Below are positions 34,923 to 42,516 of a stretch of DNA of 45,588 bases, piece by piece. Location: positions 1-45,588 of the forward strand of contig CAZOIB010000261.1 of assembly GCA_964579785.1 (NCBI GenBank), in the 5' to 3' direction. Numbering within the stretch: position 1 is the first letter of the stretch; the number at the start of each line of letters is the position of its first letter. The translations under genes and the position numbers were made by a program. The notes under the pieces were generated by a model. That model was not told the origin of the DNA. It searched no databases and saw nothing but the letters and a program-made list of their open reading frames with translations. This stretch comes from an uncultured Lysobacter sp. (GTDB lineage: Bacteria; Pseudomonadota; Gammaproteobacteria; Burkholderiales; Usitatibacteraceae).

Positions 34923-36113
34923 TCAGAAGACTCCGGCGGATTTCAGGCGGGCGAGGGACTCGGGGTCGTAGCCGACCTCGGCGAGCACCTCTTCGGTGTG
35001 TTCCCCGCGGCGCGGGGCGGCGCGCGCGATGGTGGAAGGCGTGCGCTCGAGCGTGACCGGCTGGCCGACCAGGCGCTGCTCGCCCAGGCGCTTGGACACG
35101 ACCGTCTTCACCATGCCGAGGTGCTGCACCTGCGGCTCCGCGAAGACGTCCCGCATGTCGTTGATGCGCCCGCAGGCGACCCCGGCCTCGTTGAGCGTCT
35201 CGATCCAGTAGTCGCTGGTGTTCTCCTGCAGGCGCTCCTCGATCTCGGCGTTGAGCCAGTCGCGGTGCACCGAGCGGTTGGCCTTGCTCTTCGAACGCTC
35301 GTCGGCGATCCACTCCGGCGCGCCCATGGCCTCGGCGAAACGCTCCCAGATCCTGCCGCCGAAGACGGCGATGTTGATGTGGCCGTCCTTCGTCCGGTAG
35401 ACGCCCGTCGGAATGCTGGTGGGATGGAAGTTCCCGGCCTGCGCCGGGACCTCCCCGTCGACGGTCCAGCGCGCCGTCTGGAAATCCATCATGTAGACCA
35501 TCGCCTCGAGGAGCGAGGTGTGCAGCCACTGCCCCTTGCCGGACTGTTCGCGTTCCAGCAGCGCCACGGTGATGCCGTAGGCCGCGAAGATGCCGCCGCA
35601 GAGGTCCGCGATCGGGATGCCGACGCGCACGGGTCCCTGGCCGGGAAGGCCGGTGACGGACATGAGGCCGCCCATGCCCTGCGCGACCTGGTCGAAGCCG
35701 GGCCGGGTCGCGTAGGGGCCGGTCTGGCCGAAGCCGGAGATGCTCGCGTAGACCAGCCGCGGGTTGTCCCGCGCGAGCGTCCCGTAGTCGATGCCCAGGC
35801 GCCCCTTCACGTCCGGTCGGAAGTTCTCGACCAGCACGTCGGCGGTGGCGACGAGCTTCTTCAGCGCGGCGATGCCGTCGGGGTTCTTCAGGTCGAGCGT
35901 GATGGAACGCTTGTTGCGGTGCGTGTACTGGTAATCGGAGCCGTCCTGCCCGCCGAGCGTGTCGTCGCCGCGCATGTGCTCCGGCATCTGCACCTGGATC
36001 ACGTCGGCGCCCCAGTCGGCGAGCTGGCGCGCGCAGGTGGGGCCCGCCCGGACCTGGGTCAGGTCGATCACGCGGAAGCGCGCGAGCGCGGCGGAGGCGG
36101 GCAGGTGGGGCAT
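34923..36113 (-). CDS. Family III CoA-transferase (CaiB/BaiF)
   Basis: Track ORF, 396 aa. Landmarks RVIDLTQVRAGPTC, ADVLVENFRP and GFDQVAQGMGGLMS. The stop lies 1 nt from the crotonase start. Confidence 0.9.
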   Translation of the reverse strand: MPHLPASAALARFRVIDLTQVRAGPTCARQLADWGADVIQVQMPEHMRGDDTLGGQDGSDYQYTHRNKRSITLDLKNPDGIAALKKLVATADVLVENFRPDVKGRLGIDYGTLARDNPRLVYASISGFGQTGPYATRPGFDQVAQGMGGLMSVTGLPGQGPVRVGIPIADLCGGIFAAYGITVALLEREQSGKGQWLHTSLLEAMVYMMDFQTARWTVDGEVPAQAGNFHPTSIPTGVYRTKDGHINIAVFGGRIWERFAEAMGAPEWIADERSKSKANRSVHRDWLNAEIEERLQENTSDYWIETLNEAGVACGRINDMRDVFAEPQVQHLGMVKTVVSKRLGEQRLVGQPVTLERTPSTIARAAPRRGEHTEEVLAEVGYDPESLARLKSAGVF

Positions 36114-36226
36114 CGTGGGATTCCGACGCGATGATACAGGCGCGCGCGCCAGGCAGAGGGTCAGCCGCGTGCAGGGCGGCCTTTACCGCCAGCAGGTTCG
36201 CTCCCGGGCCCGACACGCGGTACGCT

Positions 36227-36245
36227 TGCGGTTTCCCGCACCGCA
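36227..36245. promoter_or_regulatory. Inverted repeat TGCGGT-N7-ACCGCA upstream of the DapA-like gene
   Basis: Read directly from the sequence. Lies 9-27 nt upstream of ATG 36254, in the 140-nt divergent gap. Function unknown. Confidence 0.25.
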
Positions 36246-36253
36246 TTTGCGCC

Positions 36254-37198
36254 ATGCCCAGACTCGACGAAACCGCGAAAGGCGTCTACCTCATCACCGT
36301 GACGCCGTTCCGGGACGATGGCGCGCTCGATCTCGAGAGCACCGATCGCCTGACCGACTTCTACCTCGGTTGCGGCGTGACCGGCTTCACCGTCCTGGGG
36401 GTGATGGGCGAGGCGCCCAAGCTCACGGCCGACGAGTCGCGCGCCTACGTGAAGCGCGTGCTCGCGCGGGTGGACGGCCGCGTGCCGGTCATCGTGGGCG
36501 TCTCCTCGCCGGGCTTCGCCGCGATGGGGGAACTCGCGAAGAGCGTGATGGATCTCGGGGCTTCCGGCGTGATGGTCGGGCCGGGGGCGGCCGTGAAGAC
36601 CGACGACCAGGCGGTGGCCTACTACGAGCTGGCCGCCGAGACGCTCGGGCCCGGCACGCCCTTCTGCGTGCAGGACCACCCGCTCGCCTACAACGGCGTG
36701 CAGCTGCCGCTGCCCGTGCTCCTGCGCATTTTCAAGTCGATCCCCACCGCCGTCATGCTCAAGCACGAGGACTGGCCGGGTCCCGGTCTCGCCAAGCTCT
36801 CCGCCCTGCGCGCGGCGAGCGACAAGGGCGAGATGCGGCGCATCTCGATCCTGGCCGGCAACGGCGGCGGCCTCTTCCTCCCGGAGGAGCTGACGCGCGG
36901 GGCCGACGGCGCCATGACCGGCTTCAGCTATCCCGAGATGATGGTGGACGTGGTGAACGCCCATGCTGCCGGCAAGGTCGAGCGCGCCCACGACCTCTTC
37001 GACGCCTACCTGCCGCTGGCCCGCTACGAGCAGCAGTCGGCGCTCGGACTTGCCGTTCGCAAGTACCTGTTGCTCAAGCGCGGGGCGATCGCCTCCGCGG
37101 CCATCCGCAAGCCCGGCCCGAAGCTCTCGGCCGCGGACACCGCCGACATCGATCGGCTCATCGCAAGACAGGAACGACGACTGAAGGAAATCGGCTGA
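36254..37198 (+). CDS. Dihydrodipicolinate synthase/N-acetylneuraminate lyase family (class I pyruvate aldolase-like)
   Basis: Track ORF 36131..37198 trimmed to ATG 36254 (MPRLDETAKGVYLITVTPF). Landmarks GFTVLGVMGE and VIVGVSS. The SD is weak, so the start is less certain. Confidence 0.82.
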   Translation: MPRLDETAKGVYLITVTPFRDDGALDLESTDRLTDFYLGCGVTGFTVLGVMGEAPKLTADESRAYVKRVLARVDGRVPVIVGVSSPGFAAMGELAKSVMDLGASGVMVGPGAAVKTDDQAVAYYELAAETLGPGTPFCVQDHPLAYNGVQLPLPVLLRIFKSIPTAVMLKHEDWPGPGLAKLSALRAASDKGEMRRISILAGNGGGLFLPEELTRGADGAMTGFSYPEMMVDVVNAHAAGKVERAHDLFDAYLPLARYEQQSALGLAVRKYLLLKRGAIASAAIRKPGPKLSAADTADIDRLIARQERRLKEIG

Positions 37199-37899
37199 TG
37201 GCACTGGACCCGAAAATCATCGCGACCTTGTCGCAAGTCACCACCGCGACGCTCACCACGCTGCTGCTCAAGAAGGGGCTGCGCAACGTGTGGATGCGCG
37301 GCACGCGCCCGCTCAACCCGGGCCAGCCGCGCCTCGTGGGGCCCGCGTTCACGCTGCGCTTCGTGCCCGCGCGCGAGGACCTCGCCACGCCGGAGTCGTG
37401 GTCCAAGCCCATCTCGACGCGCGCGGCGATCGAGGCCATGCCCGAGGGCTGCATCGCGGTGGCCGACGCCATGGGCGTGACCGACGCCGGGATCTTCGGC
37501 GACATCCTCTGCGCGCGCATGCAGAAGAAAGGTGTCGCCGCACTCGTCACCGATGGCGTCCTGCGCGACGTGGCCGGCGTTCGTGCGACGAAACTTCCCG
37601 TCTGGTGCCAGGGCGCGGCAGCGCCGCCCTCGGTGGCCGGGCTCACCTTCGTGAACTGGAACGAGCCCATCGGCTGCGGCGGTGTCGCCGTGTTCCCCGA
37701 TGACGTCGTGGTCGTGGACGACGACGGCGCCGTGCTGATCCCGCAGGCGCTGGTGGCCGACATCGTCGCCGCCGCCCCGGAGCAGGAGCGGCTCGAAAGC
37801 TGGATCATGGCCGAGGTGGAAAAGGGCGCGTCGCTGCCGGGCCTGTATCCCCCCAATGCCGAGAACAAGGCACGCTACGAGGCCTCGAGGAAGAGCTGA
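37198..37899 (+). CDS. RraA-fold protein of the long (about 230 aa) HMG/CHA-aldolase-like type
   Basis: End of track ORF 35959..37899. ATG 37198 shares one base with the upstream TGA. Landmark GDILCARMQKKGVAALVTDGVLRD. At 233 aa it is closer to class II 4-hydroxy-4-methyl-2-oxoglutarate aldolases than to the 160-aa RraA. Confidence 0.8.
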   Translation: MALDPKIIATLSQVTTATLTTLLLKKGLRNVWMRGTRPLNPGQPRLVGPAFTLRFVPAREDLATPESWSKPISTRAAIEAMPEGCIAVADAMGVTDAGIFGDILCARMQKKGVAALVTDGVLRDVAGVRATKLPVWCQGAAAPPSVAGLTFVNWNEPIGCGGVAVFPDDVVVVDDDGAVLIPQALVADIVAAAPEQERLESWIMAEVEKGASLPGLYPPNAENKARYEASRKS

Positions 37900-37905
37900 T
37901 CGGCC

Positions 37906-38250
37906 GTGATCGCCGGCCTCGTCCAGATCCTCCTCTTCCAGGGCTTCGGGGAACTCGTCGCCCGGTTCTTCCTGCCGCTCATCCCGGGCCCGGTCATCGG
38001 GCTCGTGCTGCTCCTCGCCTGGCTGCGCTTCCGGGGAAGCGTCCCCGCTTCCGTCGACCTCGTGGCCACCGCCTTCAGCCAGAACCTGGGGTTGCTGTTC
38101 ATCCCCGCGGCGGTGGGTGTGGTCATGTTCTGGCCGCATATCCGGTCGCACGCAATGGCCGTGGGCGTGGCGCTCGTCGTGAGCGTCGTTGCGACGATGG
38201 CGGTGACCGCGCTCGTGTTGCGCGGGATCGCGAAGGACGGCGAGCCGTGA
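37906..38250 (+). CDS. lrgA: CidA/LrgA family membrane protein
   Basis: Track ORF, 114 aa, GTG start. Four hydrophobic helices. Motif LPLIPGPVIGLVLL. Confidence 0.85.
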   Translation: MIAGLVQILLFQGFGELVARFFLPLIPGPVIGLVLLLAWLRFRGSVPASVDLVATAFSQNLGLLFIPAAVGVVMFWPHIRSHAMAVGVALVVSVVATMAVTALVLRGIAKDGEP

Positions 38251-38975
38251 ATCCGCAGCTGCCGGCCATCCACGAGATCTGGGTCTACCTCTCCGGCAGC
38301 CCGCTGCTGGCGCTCATCCTCACGCTGTCCGCGTACCAGGCCGGCGTGATGGTCTACGAGCGCGCCGATCGCAATCCGCTGGCGAACCCGGTCGCCATCG
38401 CCATCGCCATCGTGGCGACCGTGATCACGCTGATCGACATGCCCTACGCGAAGTATTTCGAAGGCGCGCAGTTCGTGCACTTCCTGCTCGGTACCGCCAC
38501 CGTCGCGCTGGCCGTGCCGATCTACAAGGGGCTCGATGCCCTGCGGGGACGGATTTTTCCGCTGCTCGCGGCACTGCTTGCGGGCGGCGTCACGTCCATC
38601 GTGAGCGCGGTGGGGATCGCGAAGCTGCTTGGTGCGGACGCGGCGATCATCGGCGGTTTCTACGCGAAGTCGGTGACCGCGCCCATCGCCATGGGTGTTG
38701 CGGAGCGCATCAACGTTTCTCCCACGCTGACCGCCGTGTTCGCGGTCACGACCGGCATCCTCGGTGCGATCCTCGTGCGCTACGTGCTCGATGCGGCAGG
38801 CTCGAAGGCGTGGTGGCAGCGCGGCTTCGCGCTCGGCGTGGCCGCCCACGGCATCGGCACCTCGCGCGCCTTCAGCGTGCACCCCGAGGCTGGCACCTAC
38901 GCGAGCCTCGGGATGGGGCTGCACGGCGTGCTGGGGGCGGTGCTGATTCCGCTCGCCATCCAGTTCGCGACCTAA
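38247..38975 (+). CDS. lrgB: LrgB/CidB family membrane protein
   Basis: Track ORF, 242 aa. GTG start overlaps the lrgA stop (GTGA). Polytopic. Landmarks KSVTAPIAMGV and AAHGIGTSRA. Confidence 0.88.
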   Translation: MNPQLPAIHEIWVYLSGSPLLALILTLSAYQAGVMVYERADRNPLANPVAIAIAIVATVITLIDMPYAKYFEGAQFVHFLLGTATVALAVPIYKGLDALRGRIFPLLAALLAGGVTSIVSAVGIAKLLGADAAIIGGFYAKSVTAPIAMGVAERINVSPTLTAVFAVTTGILGAILVRYVLDAAGSKAWWQRGFALGVAAHGIGTSRAFSVHPEAGTYASLGMGLHGVLGAVLIPLAIQFAT

Positions 38976-38983
38976 CCACTCCC

Positions 38984-39019
38984 GATTCGGTACCAGGTAC
39001 ATGTACCTGGTACCGAATC
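38984..39019. repeat. 36-bp perfect palindrome GATTCGGTACCAGGTACATGTACCTGGTACCGAATC
   Basis: Verified base by base to equal its own reverse complement. Begins 9 nt after the lrgB stop and ends 45 nt before the HMG-CoA-lyase start. No T tract follows it. Confidence 0.85.
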
Positions 39020-39063
39020 TGGTTCGGGAACCCGGTTCATTCGCCTGATGCGAGAATGACGGC

Positions 39064-39996
39064 ATGGATATCCTCGTGAGCGAAGTCGGCCCCCGCGACG
39101 GGCTGCAGAGCATCAAGCGGACGATGCCGACAGAAGCGAAGCTGCGGTGGATTCGCGCGCTCGCCGTCGCCGGGCTGCGCGAGATCGAGGTCGCCTCCTT
39201 CGTACCCGCGAAGCTGCTGCCGCAGATGGCTGATGCCGCGGAAGTGGCGCGCGAGGCGGTCAAGATCCCCGGCCTCACGGTCCTTGCGCTCGCGCCCAAC
39301 CTGCGCGGCGCGCAGGACGCCATCGCCGCCGGCGCGCACAAGGTGACGCTCCCCGTATCGGCTTCGGAGGCGCACAGCCAGTCGAACCTGCGCAAGAGCG
39401 TCGCTGCTGCGATCGACGAAGTCGCGCACGTCGTGGCATTCCGCAACGCACTGCCGCAACTGACCAAGCCCGGCATCGAAGTCGGCATCTCCACCGCATT
39501 CGGCTGCACGCTGCAGGGCGAGGTCCCGGAGGATTTCGTGATCGCGGTCGCCGCACGCCTCGCAAATGCGGGCGCCGACTCCATCGGGCTCTCGGACACG
39601 ACGGGCTACGCCAATCCGGCGCAGGTGCGCCGCCTCTTCCGGCGGCTGCGCGCCGAGGTCGGCGAGCGCACCGGTGGCGCGCACCTGCACAACACGCGCG
39701 GGCTGGGGCTGGCCAACGTGGTTGCCGCGCTGGAGGAGGGCGTGACGACCTTCGATGCCTCGCAGGGCGGCATCGGCGGCTGTCCCTACGCCCCGGGCGC
39801 CAGCGGCAACATCGTCACGGAGGACCTCGTGTACATGCTGGAGGCGATGGGGATGGACACCGGCATCGATCTGGAGAAGCTCATGGCCGCGCGTACCTTC
39901 CTCGTTGCAGGCCTGCCGGGCGAGCCGATCTACGGCATGGTGCCGGAAGCCGGCCCCGCGAAGACGTTCAGGCCGGCACGAGGAGCAAGCGCATGA
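39064..39996 (+). CDS. Hydroxymethylglutaryl-CoA lyase family protein
   Basis: Track ORF, 310 aa. Landmarks EVGPRDGLQ, GLSDTTGYANP, HLHNTRGLGLANV and GGIGGCPYAPGASGN. Confidence 0.92.
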   Translation: MDILVSEVGPRDGLQSIKRTMPTEAKLRWIRALAVAGLREIEVASFVPAKLLPQMADAAEVAREAVKIPGLTVLALAPNLRGAQDAIAAGAHKVTLPVSASEAHSQSNLRKSVAAAIDEVAHVVAFRNALPQLTKPGIEVGISTAFGCTLQGEVPEDFVIAVAARLANAGADSIGLSDTTGYANPAQVRRLFRRLRAEVGERTGGAHLHNTRGLGLANVVAALEEGVTTFDASQGGIGGCPYAPGASGNIVTEDLVYMLEAMGMDTGIDLEKLMAARTFLVAGLPGEPIYGMVPEAGPAKTFRPARGASA

Positions 39997-41120
39997 AGAG
40001 CCCGTTGCCGCTTGAAGGCATCCGTGTCGTCGAGTTCTCGCACATGGTCATGGGACCGAGCTGCGGGCTGGTGCTCGCCGACCTCGGCGCCGAGGTCATC
40101 AAGGTCGAGCCGGCCGGCAAAGGCGACCCCACGCGCTATCTCACCAGTTCCGGCGCCGGATTCTTCGCCTCGTTCAACCGCAACAAGAAGAGCGTGACCC
40201 TCGACCTCGCGGCGCCGGATGGGATGGCCACTGCGAAGAAGCTGGTCGCCACCGCCGACGTGTTCCTCGAGAACTTCCGTCCCGGCGCGCTCGAGGCGAA
40301 GGGCCTGGGCTACGCCGCACTGTCCGCCGCCAATCCGCGCCTTGTCTATTGCTCGCTGAAGGGCTTTCTCACCGGCCCCTACGAACACCGCACGGCGCTC
40401 GACGAGGTGGTGCAGATGATGAGCGGGCTCGCCTACATGACCGGCCCCGTGGGCAAGCCCCTGCGCGCCGGCGCGCCGGTGAACGACATGATGGGCGGCA
40501 TGTTCGGCGCCATCGCGATCCTGGCGGCGTTGCGCGTTCGCGACCGGACCGGCAGGGGCCAGCTCCTGCAGAGCGGGCTCTTCGAGAACGCCGCCTGGCT
40601 CGTCTCCACGCACATGATGCAGCACGCCGTGACGGGAAAGACGCCGGAGCCGATGTCGGCCGGCAAGCGCGCGTGGGGCGTGTACGACGTGTTCACGACC
40701 GCCGACGGCCGGCAGCTCTTCGTCGGCGTGGTCACCGAGCGGCAGTGGGAGATCTTCACCAAGGCGCTGGGTGAGAGGGCGCTGGCCGATCCGGCCTATG
40801 CCACGAACAACGACCGCTCCCGGGCACGCGAGACGCTGATTCCGCTGGTCGCCGGCATCCTCGCCAAGCACTCCTGCGCCGAGCTCGAGGCGCTGTGCGA
40901 AAAGGCGGGCCTGCCCTTTGCCCGCGTGCAAACGCCTTCGGATCTCTTCGACGATCCGCATCTCGCCGCGGGCGGCATGATCGACCTCACGCTTCCCGAC
41001 GGTACGCCGACGCGCATCCCGGGGTTGCCGATGCAGTTCGGCGAATCGCGCCTGGGCCTGCGCCGGGACCTGCCGCAGCCGGGCGAGCACAACGAGGAGA
41101 TCCTGGGCCCGCTGCAGTAG
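39993..41120 (+). CDS. Family III CoA-transferase (CaiB/BaiF)
   Basis: Track ORF, 375 aa. ATGA overlap with the lyase gene. Landmarks RVVEFSHMVMGPSC and ADVFLENFRPG. Confidence 0.9.
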   Translation: MKSPLPLEGIRVVEFSHMVMGPSCGLVLADLGAEVIKVEPAGKGDPTRYLTSSGAGFFASFNRNKKSVTLDLAAPDGMATAKKLVATADVFLENFRPGALEAKGLGYAALSAANPRLVYCSLKGFLTGPYEHRTALDEVVQMMSGLAYMTGPVGKPLRAGAPVNDMMGGMFGAIAILAALRVRDRTGRGQLLQSGLFENAAWLVSTHMMQHAVTGKTPEPMSAGKRAWGVYDVFTTADGRQLFVGVVTERQWEIFTKALGERALADPAYATNNDRSRARETLIPLVAGILAKHSCAELEALCEKAGLPFARVQTPSDLFDDPHLAAGGMIDLTLPDGTPTRIPGLPMQFGESRLGLRRDLPQPGEHNEEILGPLQ

Positions 41121-41144
41121 TGTTCGACACCACGGGGATTGCGG

Positions 41145-42113
41145 TCAGCCGTTTCCGGAATGCCGGCCTCGCCTCTGGGCATCTGCAAGCGTTGCCGAGG
41201 GACTTTCGCCGTAGCGCAGGCGGTAGTCGACCGCGAAGCGTCCCGGATGGGCCAATCCGCAATCGTGGAGGATGCTGATCACGGATTCCCCGGGCTGTGC
41301 CGCCACCAGTCGCAGCCGAGCGGCGGCCATGCGCCGGGTCCACACCCACTGCATCGGCGACATTCCTCGCCGCTGCCGGAAGCTCTTGCGAAGGCCGCGG
41401 GCTTCGATACCCGCAATCCGGCAAAGGCCGCCGAGGTCTATCGGGTCCGCGAGATGGCCGTCGATCCACTGCTCGACAATCCGAAGCCTTCCCTCCGCAA
41501 TGCCGCCCTTGCCGCCATCGTTCCTGCCGCGCGAAAGGAGGGCGGCCAGCCAGGCAGCCATCGACTGCCCCATCTCGGCAGCCTTCAGGCTGTTTGGCGC
41601 GATCTTCGTGCCCTCATCGAGACCATGCAGAAGTTCGGTCATCCAGGCGATCGATTTCTCCCCCAGGGGCAACTCCATCGCCGCGGGAAGTGATGAGCCG
41701 TGTCCGCAATCGCCGAGGGGCCCAAGTCTCGCCGCCAGCTCCGGTTCACCAACCTGGAACGCGAGCATGGGACTCTCAGCGCCGTAGGCGACGGTGTATT
41801 CGGTGGCGGGACCGATGAAGACAGCGCGCCCGGGAGCGCTCTCGAGATGGCGCTGCCCGACGCGGTAGGTCGCAGGCCGCTCGAGCGGGACATGCACGAG
41901 CGGAACGAGTGTGGTGGCTTGCACCCGCTGCCCGAGGCTGCTCTCGCCCCAGCCGATCGCCGCGCCGTCGAGGGAAACCAGCGACCAGCGGACGTCGAGC
42001 AGTCCCCGGCCCAGGCATTCCCTACGGTGGGTGCCGAACCGCCCGAACAGGGTGCGAACCTCGTCCAGGTCGTTCGTGGCGAACTTCTCGGACCATTCAG
42101 GGGGGCTTCTCAT
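41145..42113 (-). CDS. AraC/XylS-family transcriptional regulator
   Basis: Track ORF, 322 aa. C-terminal double HTH (LCRIAGIEARGLRKSFRQRRGMSPMQW...DCGLAHPGRFAVDYRLRYGESP). Confidence 0.88.
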   Translation of the reverse strand: MRSPPEWSEKFATNDLDEVRTLFGRFGTHRRECLGRGLLDVRWSLVSLDGAAIGWGESSLGQRVQATTLVPLVHVPLERPATYRVGQRHLESAPGRAVFIGPATEYTVAYGAESPMLAFQVGEPELAARLGPLGDCGHGSSLPAAMELPLGEKSIAWMTELLHGLDEGTKIAPNSLKAAEMGQSMAAWLAALLSRGRNDGGKGGIAEGRLRIVEQWIDGHLADPIDLGGLCRIAGIEARGLRKSFRQRRGMSPMQWVWTRRMAAARLRLVAAQPGESVISILHDCGLAHPGRFAVDYRLRYGESPSATLADAQRRGRHSGNG

Positions 42114-42516
42114 GACTATTGGCTTTTAGCATGAGAGTGCCGATTCCGGATAGGCCGGGATCCCGCCCTGCCCCAAAATGTGGGCACGGTTTGATTGTCG
42201 GGCCTCACGCAGTCCCTCGGCGGCAGCATCTCACGACCCCGACCCTGCAGGTAGCACGACCTTCGACGGGGGAGGCCAGCCAAACATGGGGGAATTGGAG
42301 CCAATCGACATTTCCCCGAAAGACAGAATGGACGGCCCGTGTGCCGGGCTCTAATGGCAAATCGTGCACCTTTAACCTGCCTGGCAATGTCACGGTGGTG
42401 GCGACCATGAGCAATGTCCGGGGCACCACGGGTCGTCAACCGGCATTTGGCGGTATCAACAATCTTGAGCGTCAAGGCAAGCACATAACGGATAGTTTTT
42501 CGGATGGAACGATCCC

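Noticed and set aside
42355-42368. Sigma-54-like TGGCA-N5-TGCA upstream of the adhesin gene
   Set aside because: The GG-to-GC spacing is 10 nt rather than the canonical 12 nt, and no enhancer-binding protein gene is nearby.
42114-42516. c-di-GMP (GEMM) or other riboswitch in the adhesin leader
   Set aside because: I could not find the conserved GEMM-I/II core motifs or any other riboswitch signature by eye. The region is kept only as an unexplained long leader; see the findings.
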